A stretch of DNA of 60,000 bases from Camelus dromedarius (taxonomy: Eukaryota). The position numbers and the translations under genes were made by a program. Below are positions 49,541 through 60,000 of the stretch, in pieces; position 1 is the stretch's first letter, and the number at the start of each line of letters is the position of its first letter. The stretch spans positions 75,952,001 through 76,012,000 of the forward strand of contig NC_087437.1 of the NCBI RefSeq assembly GCF_036321535.1, written 5' to 3'. Below the pieces are notes generated by a model. That model ran no database searches. It had not been told where the DNA came from and saw only the letters and a program-made list of their open reading frames with translations.

Positions 49541-52500
49541 AGCTTCTAAAACACTGGATGGCACCAACAAAGAGCTTAAGAAGTGACAGCTGTTGTTGTT
49601 ATTACTAATAACATAAAGGTGTGCAAGTGTTTTATGATGACTACACCAAGCCATCCTTCTAAATAACCAGTAGCAAATACTTCTGAATTAGCTGCTGGTG
49701 GTTTGAAATGGAAACAGAAAATGCTTCTTATTTGTTTTTTGTTTTTTGGGGGGAGAAGGGCAGGGAGCAACCAAGAAGGGCAAGAAAATAAATTTAACAA
49801 ACAAAAAGCAAGTATATCAAGTACATATACTACACTAATATTAAAGGTATCCTCTATGGTTCATTTGCAATCACTCATATGTATTTTATACAACCTAGGA
49901 AACTGCAGGCTGGTGAACCTGAATGACACATACATGGGTAATCACGGAAAACAGAAGGAGAAGAAAGCAGAAAAACAAACCTGAGACTTCTCAGGACCAT
50001 ACGGACCCTAAGGATTTACGCACAGGGAAAGAATTTAATAACAGTAAGGTATTGGCTCATAGGGAGAATGATTTCTGTATTCATCACTGTGTATAAGAAC
50101 AATGGAATAAGGAGGTGGTTCACAGAAGCAAATTGATTTGATGTATGGAATGATGTTTGATGTTAAGAAAGAAGAAAAGAATACATATTTTCAGGTCCAA
50201 TCAAACTAGAGAAATCTAAAAAGTACAATTTAAGGACAAAGCTAAATATAGAGCTTGTCAACATTAATATGAAAAAAGAACATGAGTGGTTTAGTACACA
50301 GAAGAGCTCCTATAAACTTACATCTTTAAACTTCCTTGCTCCTGGCCATCCCCAAACTATAACTATAAACCAAATCTAAGTAAATGACAACCTCAGATAA
50401 AAAAGTGATGAACCTGAAGGAGTAATAGGATTGTATTTACTGAAAAGCAGCAATTTTAGAGTCAAGAAGTGAACATTTCGATTCCTGCCCACCAGTATGG
50501 CATATGTTTGATATTCTGTCTAAAGAAAACAGTCAAAATTTGTAATAAATAGCAAATATAAGAAAATTTATTATTTTTTCCTTAGTTAATTGTTACCTTA
50601 CTGTAGAAATGTCTAAGGAGGGAAAAGAAGGTAGGAAGTCAAAGGAAAGACAAGAGTTTTAGAAGGAATCATTCAGAAAGCAAAGAACTGGCAATTGTCT
50701 TCCACTAAACCACCTCAAGTTTCTATGCTGGCTCATCCCCTCATCTTCCTACCAAATGCCTTGAAAGACTGTATCAGTTTCCACTTCCTATGACAAAATC
50801 ACCTGTTAACTGGCATGTAAGCTAGCTTAGGACTCCACATTTCCTTTTGGGTAGAATGGCATGTATTTTTGAAGGTATAACTTCCTCTTGCACCCCAGCT
50901 TCACAGCTGGGTAGAAAAGAGCAGAGACAAATCATAATCTGAGAGGGCAAAAGGGGTGCCATAGAGGCATTTACAGTAACTTTTCCAAAACATTAATGTT
51001 GTTCATGGTTTGCTGAAAAATAGACATGTTTTGGCTGAGAAGTGTAGTGACACAGGAGCCATTTCAGTATTAGTGTGGTATGGCAATTTTTCAAAGTCAG
51101 CAGGTAAGGTGAATTAAGAGAAACTTGCTCTTTAAAACTGCTGTAGGAAACAAATGTTAGGCATAACTTGAATGGTGGTGGCTTAATGCCCAGTTTCTAC
51201 AGTTTCATATTTTTAAGCTATAAAAAGACCAAAAGGTTTTATGCTAAGACTAGGGTGTAATTTCTGTAATGGATGTAAAGAATGAATGATCAATGAAACA
51301 ATAAATTCCTTTGTAATAATGTATAGAAAAGTGCTTACAGCTGCTGGGCATATGGATCTGTGGACTTGATTAAGTTCAAGAAAACCAGCCACAATCAAGT
51401 TAGAACTCACTGAGGGGAAGGAGCCACCTTATTGGGCTAGACATGCGTGCCTCGTTAAAAAAAACTCGGGATTATATTAGGTATACCTTTTATATCTGCA
51501 AATGCGTTGTCATCATGTTTATGAAAATGTTTGGTGGCAATGAAACTCACAGTTACAGAACAAAAAAGCAGAGCTATGCCCAACCTGGAAGCTATCATTT
51601 CCTGATAGGAAAGAATGGCCCAGTTCTCATTAGATCTTGGTTCTCGAGCACTGACAGTGTCTGTAGGTTGGCTCAATCCCAAACAGGGGATTCTGTCCTC
51701 AATCTTTAATTTTGTAAACCTGCTTCTTTTATTACTACTGTGTTTTTTTTTAAAATCTCTAATCCTTAACCATTTGATATTCAATCTTGCAGTAAGTGTG
51801 CATTGGAAAAAATGAGAAAGACCAACAGTATGTTTGATAATGGGCTAAAAAACAATGTGAAAAGATAAAGAGATAAGGGAGGAAAACTTAAGTCAAGGGT
51901 CAAGTTTGGGCATAATTTAAACACTCTAAATTGAACTCAATTAACTTTCTCTCCATGACCCAACCTCGCTTGAAAATTACTATTTTGCAGAGCACTCTGA
52001 CTTCTGATAGTTTTGTAAAAAGTGCTTCATATATTAACAGTATACTTTAAGTAATATGTCAAACAAATCTCTTAAGAAGTAGCAATTAAATTTAGACTTA
52101 TAATTTAAAGCTTTCACTTGAATACATACAAGTAACCGTGAGAGATAAACCAGAAAATACTACAGGAATGGGCTGCTTCAGCCGACTTGCAATTTGAGTT
52201 AAACGGATCATAATTTCCTGGATAATTTGTTCTTAGAAGCAAAGGGAAATTCTATTCCTAAATCACCTATATCCTAAGTCTACTATAACGTAGTCTGAGC
52301 CTCATTTGAGGAAGGTGACATCGATTATTTTCACCAATTTTTATTGCATAGTTTCTGACAAGATCTATTACATAGAAATAAGGGACAGGGCAGAGATAGT
52401 GGAGGGGATCATGGGAAAGGGGAAGAGACTACTTGGAAATACAGATATAAAGAAGATCACCACTGGAAAAACAGAAGTGTAAGACCAAGCAGGTACTATG

Positions 52501-54344
52501 ATTTTGAGATATATAACTATATAAATGCTATGTAATCATTTCCTCTAGAAATTATATTTCAGAAAAAAATCTATATATTTTATATAATCTGAAATAGATT
52601 TTTTTTTAAAAGTACCTAGTTTAAGTCAGGGAAAGAAACATAATGAATGTCAAATAAAAAATATAGGAGAAAATAAAATACAAACAAATGGTGAACTCTT
52701 GGAGAAAAAAATGAGGTCTCCTATGAACACATGCTCCTTTACTAATGAACTAAGGATCTCACACACAGTGTTTGCTTTGAACGATTCATTATGCAAAGAT
52801 GCAAAGGGTCTAGAGTCTAAGAAAACAATCTCTTCTATCCGTTAAAGATCAGGCAATTAAAGCACAGCTGGTATGATAATTTCATAATAACTTGTAGGAT
52901 AGTACACTGGTGCTGCTAATGCCAAATTACAATCAGTCATAAATACTATTTCTTTCGTTTGCTAAATAGAGAATATATTATTTAATTTCTGCTTTATTTT
53001 AATTGCATTTTGCTCCATGAGTTGGAATGCAGAGCAAAATCTAAGGTCTTAACAGACTTCCCACCTATGTAGTTACTGATACACTGTATAAAAACCAGGG
53101 ACTTTGTGGCTTGAGAGGCATAATGGAAGAGTTAAGGTGATATTGTATGAAGCATAATCCAAAGCACCAAAAAGCTATTTCACATCAAAAGAAATACTGT
53201 TAATCTCAGCTGGGAGAGGAAAAACATGTAACAGACAACCAAGACCCAAGAGAAGGTCTCATGAAAATAGATCCTAACTTCAGGGTTTTATAGCTTTACA
53301 AAAATAAATCTATTGTTACAGTTCCTGAAAGATAATTCGGCCAACTTCAGAGCTCTAAAATTAATGTCTCAAACTGCAAGTAGAGGAAGAGAATGCATCC
53401 TGCACATCAATCAATTAAGTTCCATTTTATTGGCCTGTCAGGTGTTTATCAGCAACTTTAAATCCTTGAATTACGGGGGCTCAAGATACCTGGCATCTTT
53501 GGGCTCATGGACTACTTTGCGTACTCCTAAGTATCTCGAGGGCGCAAGGACTGTCATTTCACTTGGTGATCTATTATGTGTTCAGCTACCTACCTGTCAA
53601 CAAGCTGCTTTATTTCTTTTCTGCTTATCTTGGAAAATCTCAGAACAACCTTATTTTATTTTCCCAGATGAGCAAACTTGGTGATGCAACATTTCTTTTT
53701 TAGTTCTTTATTTACTAGACTTGTTTTTATTAACCACAGCAGAAAACTGAGCTAATTCTAAAATCACTTTTACATTCCTCCCTGCCTTTAATCATTAAGG
53801 GGGAATTTTCTTCAGCCTTCAAATCCATCTTGAGATACAGATCTCAAAGTGACCCTCCCCAGTTGTTTCAACTGCAGTGTACAAGGAGGGGTTTTCAGGT
53901 CTTGAGGGAGAACCTAAACAGGTTTCTTCAGAGACATAATTTTTCCTCGACATACACTTTCTATCTTCTCCCCAAATCCATGAAATCACATATCTCAATA
54001 TTTATCTTTGATTATTATCTATGATTGCTACATTTTAGCAAGATTTACATAAAGATTAATATCATTATCTATCCATCCATCTGACCAAAATACACAAAAG
54101 AACAGAATTAATCCGATTTGACATAAAGCAAGGAACAGGTATCCACTTTTACAGGGCAATTAGAAGAACCCTTTCATCAAATCCTGCTCTGACTTTGACC
54201 CTGGAAACAACAGAACCTTGGTCACACTAGCTCTTCATCTCTCCATTCACCATCCTGACAAGAGAGCTACCGAAGTCTTTCATATCTCGGTGGAAAACTA
54301 GAAGCATATTTCCCCATCAATCTTTAGACCGAAGTAAAATCAGA

Positions 54345-54570
54345 AGACAAGTTTCTCAATGGGAGCAATACTGTTGTTTTGGGTAGCACAATCTTTTATT
54401 GTGTTTGAATGTCCCGCATAGGTGAGGATATTTAGAACCCCAGCTTCTGCCCCTGTCCCACAAATGTAACAGTGGTCCCAGATATTGAGACCACTGAAAA
54501 TGTCCCTACACTCTTTAAACCGCCTCATGAACTACAGTGTTGCCCCAATGAGTGCTGAGATCCACCCAAG
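54345..54570. mobile_element. MER20-like hAT remnant
   Basis: gtttctcaatggg...tgtcccgcataggtgaggatatttag...aaaatgtccctacac. Confidence 0.55.
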
Positions 54571-55169
54571 TCATGTTGATAATTTAAAAAGCTTCCCTGA
54601 TATACACAGAGGAGAATCTGACATTCCTGGAAATGAATATGCTAAACACAGTATTTTTCTAAATTTGACAAAACCAATAAAAATATATTGCCAGAGTATT
54701 GTGGGGAGTCTTATTTTCATTTGGTTCATAATGCCAGTAAAGAATAGAGTCTGCTTACTAGGTCAATGTTAGAATTTCACTGCCCCAGAGTCCAACCTGT
54801 TGCAGACACACAGGCAACAGAAGAATTGGACTCAGCCAGCAGTTTCTGCTCAAGAAAAGCTCAAGGTACCCAGTTTGAATTCTGAGAGCAGAAGGTCGAA
54901 GGCCATATGTAACACTTTCAAGAGAGCTACACGTTTAAAGGCAAATGTACCCAGGTTGAGATGCCAAAGGATGGAGACTGAGGAGAACTAGGAAGGAAAG
55001 AAGGGAGAAAGAAGTGAGCAAGAACCAAGATAATATTGGAAAGCAACCTGAAATTCCAACTCACTGCTGCTTCAATTCTAAACCCGACTGCGTATCTAAA
55101 GGGAGCTGCAGAGGCTTAGAATAGGTTAGATTCTGACCGCGCTGCATGAAGGCACAGCACACATCTAAC

Positions 55170-55318
55170 CTTTGCTGGTTTTAGTCGGTTCTGAGGACAT
55201 ATTTCCAGTCTTCTTCTTTTTTCTTGGGACAGGTACACATTTCCGGTCAAATGTAACAGGACTGTATTGAGGGAGGCTGTTGAATTTCTTTTCAAATTCT
55301 TCATCCAGCTTTGCTGAG
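55170..55318 (-). CDS. BBX: BBX coding exon, 149 nt
   Basis: Acceptor tttttttattag|, donor AAG|gttaga. Encodes SAKLDEEFEKKFNSLPQYSPVTFDRKCVPVPRKKKKTGNMSSEPTKTSK(G). Phase 2 to 1. Confidence 0.96.
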
Positions 55319-58300
55319 CTAATAAAAAAAGGGGAGGGGATAGAATCAATCAGCATATGATGTAAATATTAAAACAGAAAATGATACAAGATATATTTTA
55401 AAATATTTCATTTGAAAATGGGGTCCCTAAGAATTAGGGCATTGTTAATAAATTCTTTTCAAGGACAAAAAACATCTTTTCAGAAATGCTTGAAAAGATT
55501 TACCAGCACGGTTTTCTTAGTAAACTCACATGAAAGATTATGTTATTACCTTAGAAAAGCAGGAACATTAGATAAAATAATAGAATATTTTTGAAGGTGA
55601 GAATTTGCTGTTCTCTCCCTTAGCATGAGAATTTTTTATTAAATTCAACACAAAGCATGTTCCATTCAGATAAGTTTCTCATTCTAAAGATTCTCATATA
55701 CACATATAAACACTGGCAAGCTTACTGATAATATGGCATATTGGTAATTTTGTAAGCTTAATTAAAAAAATCTATTGACTAGTTAGTACTTAATTAAAAC
55801 ATACCTATACAAAGAAAATGCAAACAAATATTCTGAATATCAGAAAAAAAAATTCTGCACAGTTGACCAGGATGAGGACAAAACACTCAATGAGAAAAGT
55901 AAAGCCAGTTTTCAATGAACACATTGGCAGAGAGGCAACATCGTTTTAACGCAAACCACAAATGACTTCAGAAAATGTCACCCGTGAAGTTGGGAAATCC
56001 TTAGCCTGCTTTTGACTGTCTCTAAGGCCCCTATACGGCAATGCCAGCATGCCTGCTGGAGCCTAGGCTGGCTGCTGGCTTTCCTTTATAGTGAGACTTA
56101 TTAACTAAGATGCAACCCAAACAGATGGGAGAGGCTGCGGGAGAAAAATGCTGTGCTCGGTAGATGGAAAAGGGAAGGCGTACTGGGAAGAGAGCAGCTT
56201 GGAGTACAGACTTACAAAAAGCCAGTGTGTTAGGCTGCTGCCTGGGGGATGTACGTGATATGTGTCCACCTAAGATTGTTCTCAGTTCTGGAGGAATGTA
56301 CAAGAACTGGAAGAAGTGATAAGACAGTCAAGGTGACCACCAAAATGGCCAACAGAAAAAGGCTACTACTCAGATATATCACAGCAGTGAATGGTGGTAG
56401 GCAGGGGGGATGTTTCTCCCTCAAAATTGTCTGTCCTCATTTCAGTTAAAACATGTTTATACTAATGGAAAATCAGATACTATCAGAAAGCTAAGTCATG
56501 AATTTTTCAGACGCTAAATAACTGGAAGAAAAATATGCAAATGCAAGGTGTAACTCGTAAGATCTCTTGGGACCTTCTTTTCCCTTTTTTCAACTAGAGT
56601 AATCACCTATGTTTTTCTTGGAGAAGGCTGCCAAAAAGTAGAACTGCCAACAGAGTGAATTTTTTATTGGCTACAGTTAACTAAACAGGTAGCACATTTT
56701 CTGTGATAAAAAGGTTTAAAATGCTCATTTAGAAATCTCAGAGAAGACCGACAGGACCTGGCATTTTTCACTGCTAAATCACTATGTTAGCATGTTCTAA
56801 ACAAAGCAAACTCAGACAGTCTGATTCTGACAGGCCAATATTTAAAGAAAGGAGAGGAGGAGAGACCAGAGTTTGACCACTGATTCAGCCTGTAGAAAAC
56901 CACATCCCCACTTAAGTACATGCGGCTTCCTTAGAAATGATTAAAACAAATAAACAAAGACACCCCACACCCCAGTCTCTTTTCAGGAACAGACTTTCAA
57001 AAGATTCTTTCACTTTTCTTGTCCCTCAGAGAAAATTGGTGAAAGCACCTCTCCCACTAGTTTAGTTTCTAATGGAAGCATCAGAGAACTTTCTGCTGGG
57101 GAACCCTCATGCCTGCTTTATTTCCCTGGGCCTTCATACTGTCTGCAGCAAGACCTGCCCCTCTCTCAGCATGCAGACCCACAGGGCAAGGAGTTTCAGA
57201 AGATACAGACACTTGGTCTGATGCTCAGTGGTCACTTTTTAAGGAAATTCTGCATTTAAAAGTATTTGACCATGACAAATGTAAAGGCTGTCATGCCACT
57301 GTTTAAGCATGATGTAAGCAAAACTAATCTGAATACTTCGGACTTCAAAAATATTAGAATGGAAATATTTAAAATTATAAATATATCGTCATCATCATGA
57401 GAAATAATTTCCACCCTCGCACTATGTGATGATGTAGAGCCTTAGGATAAACCAGACTTTAAAGGACTGTAATGTCCAGTTGAAAAAAAAATATTATCCC
57501 ATATACAGAAATGCAAATATTTATGAATAACCAAATACGATACTCCCAATGCATAAAATTTGCATACCTTTAAACACACTTATGAAAAAATGTGGAATAT
57601 ATGAAAATGTACTTATTTCTATTCCCCAATGTATTCTTTTCAAATTGAGCTAATGAGAAACTGCAAAGGATCTTCAAAACAGGACAACTGAATACACAGA
57701 TGCTTTCCTCAGCAATATAAAGTACTGGATCTCCTAAATAACAAAGTGCTTTGTGTGAAGACTGGTATTAGGTGTCTGTTTTATATCATAAAAAATGAAA
57801 TAATTCTTAATGATATTGTCTTGACATATGCTATTTCTTGATACTGCATTTTATTACATAATTAGTTACTGAATAGTCTCTGTATGAAGAGAATATGTAA
57901 TCTAAAATTTTATCTTAGAGCAACAGAACATGGTTTAAACAAAACAAGGTTAGAGGTAGAAACATAATTTTATTTATAGTTTCATTGTTTTATAAACATG
58001 TACATAACCTTTAGAAATATTAAATGAAGTACATACAGTATGTAAAATTAGCAAAACGTAAACATACTTACACAGTATCCGTCGTAAACTTCAGAAGGGA
58101 AATGCATCTGGTGATACCAAAGGATTTACAATGTCACACCACTAATGGGGTGGACCTCCATTCAAACTCAGGCCTAAGTCTAAAATCTACATATTCTCCA
58201 CTGTACTTAAAATGTGAGTGACACTATCACTCACATAACCATGTTAACAGCAGGAATCACGTGATACACCTCATTTGTATTCCTTCACCTGTTCACTAAG

Positions 58301-58419
58301 ACCGCAGTAAGTGCTGAACGGATACGCAAAGAACAAGCAGTTAGTGATTTGTTTACCCTGGAAATCTCACCACACTTGGCGTCTGTGTAGTGTGGCTGAC
58401 TGTGCTCACAGGCACTTAC

Positions 58420-58558
58420 CCGAGGAGAGAATCTTCCTTTGTCTTTGTCTTCTTGAACTTCTTGCTCCCACTGGTCCCACTCTGGTTAAATGTCCAGCTT
58501 TCTTCACTCCAACACCCCTCGTGATCGGAGGAGTTTCCTTTTCCTGAGCTTCGTTTCC
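58420..58558 (-). CDS. BBX: BBX coding exon, 139 nt
   Basis: Acceptor ttccttag|, donor GG|gtaagt. Encodes (G)KRSSGKGNSSDHEGCWSEESWTFNQSGTSGSKKFKKTKTKEDSLL(G). Phase 1 to 2. Confidence 0.95.
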
Positions 58559-59559
58559 CTAAGGAAATTTGACAGGAAGAGTGTGCTTAGTATATGGGGA
58601 CGGAGGGCAAATCATCTCAGCTGCTTCACAAGCAACCTCCTCACTCCTTAGCTAGCATTTGCATGATGCTATTAACTATTTCAGAGTGGTCAGAGTGATC
58701 TGGACCACCCTCCATAACAGAACATGCAGAAAAGGAGCTTACGGCCTCTGTGATTCATTGTCTCATCACAACTCAACAGGTACCACATGGCTCATGAAAC
58801 AGACTAACTACTGCTAGCTTTTCCATTAGAGAATCAGCCTGAAGTGTGAGAGCCTTTTGCTGATGGGCACTATGAATTCTAATTTCCCCAAGACATAGGG
58901 AATGACATCCCTGGAGAACTATGTATTCTCAAGGATATTCATTCAGGACAACTCAGACAAATTTTCACACATCTCTATAGTTGAAATTTCACGTGGCAAG
59001 AGGTAAGTCCTGTAGCCAGATACCGTATTTTAAAATAGATGAGTGTTTATGAAACACTCTATGGAATAAAAGTATATGCATTAACTGGTTTCTGGATATT
59101 ATTATGTTTTAAAGAGAACTTCTCTTCAATTATAGTTTTGATTTCCTAGTGGGGGAGGCTAGGTAAGTTTTTTGCTTCTAGAGCCTACAGGTCAAGATTC
59201 TGCCAAACATATCTGCTTGATTCAGAAAATTATTTCCAGCAGTTTTAAAAACCAGAGCTCCAAGCACACAAAACTGAGCCTTCAAAATAAAAAGCCAGTC
59301 CATACCAGTAAAAAAAAGGTTTGAATAACTCTGAACACTCACATCCTGAGAACTATGTACAAAATAAATGCAAACGCTTCTCAATGGTTCCAGAAAACAT
59401 ACAGGTAAAACGACAAATGTATGTGACCTAAAACCATAAAGAACTGTACAAATGTAAAATATTATTTTGATACTCTATTGTTCTTTCTTTAAGGTGGTTC
59501 TTTTCAATAGGTCTAAAGGAGCAATTCTGCCAGGTTTCAGATTTGGAGAAGTCACCTAC

Positions 59560-60000
59560 CTCTGTCAACATTAGCTCGCAGAGAGGTGAGCATGCCCTCA
59601 GACACCAGGGTTTTATAAAGAGCACCTTTGCAAGACCTCTCGGATTTCCGGGAGCCACAAGTCTCTATTTTCCTGTGACAGTCACTGTCCTCAGGCTTGG
59701 CCTGTCCAGATAGGCTGGGTGGTAATGCATCTTCCGTAGGGGTCAATGGTTCTGCTTTTATACCCTCTGGCACCTCACCAGGAATGTTCTTGCTGGCAGA
59801 AATACTGATGAAATCTGGAGGTCTTGACTCTTTGGTAGTGTCTGAGGATTTCTCCTTGGACATTTTCTTCTCTCTTGATTTCACTTTTTTCTTTGGTGGC
59901 TTGGCATCCAGAATGCTTCCCTTGCCACTCGAGGATGTGCGGACCTTCTTGCGAGGGGTTTCTCCAAGTTTCTCGATGCCCCAGTCTCCCTTTGCAACAG
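59560..60000 (-). CDS. BBX: BBX large internal coding exon (5' part outside window)
   Basis: Open frame from the window edge: VAKGDWGIEKLGETPRKKVRTSSSGKGSILDAKPPKKKVKSREKK...LTSLRANVDR(G), matching recalled BBX. Donor AGAG|GTAGGT at 59560/59559, phase 1. Confidence 0.96.

Overview
Mammalian genomic DNA, very probably camelid: it carries one tRNA-derived Vic-1-type SINE, and I saw no Alu, B1, Bov-tA, PRE-1 or SINEC elements. The right 36 kb is the 3' half of BBX (bobby sox HMG-box transcription factor) on the minus strand. It has eight coding exons, the first truncated by the window edge, all with GT-AG splice sites and consistent phases. Together they give about 446 C-terminal residues ending ...PVLISCADQ*, followed by a ~5.8 kb 3' UTR that ends at tandem AATAAA signals near 23.85 kb. 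The left ~24 kb is intergenic; from recalled human synteny it is the BBX-CD47 interval. It holds old eutherian repeats (MIR, L2, L1M, MaLR/ERVL/ERV1 LTRs, MER5/MER45, Tigger) and several repeat-free, motif-dense blocks that could be enhancers. Nearly all ORF-track ORFs outside the BBX exons are chance or repeat-derived. I found no convincing new biological system; the findings are modest, testable regulatory and protein-motif hypotheses. Repeat names and ortholog comparisons come from recalled sequences, not searches.
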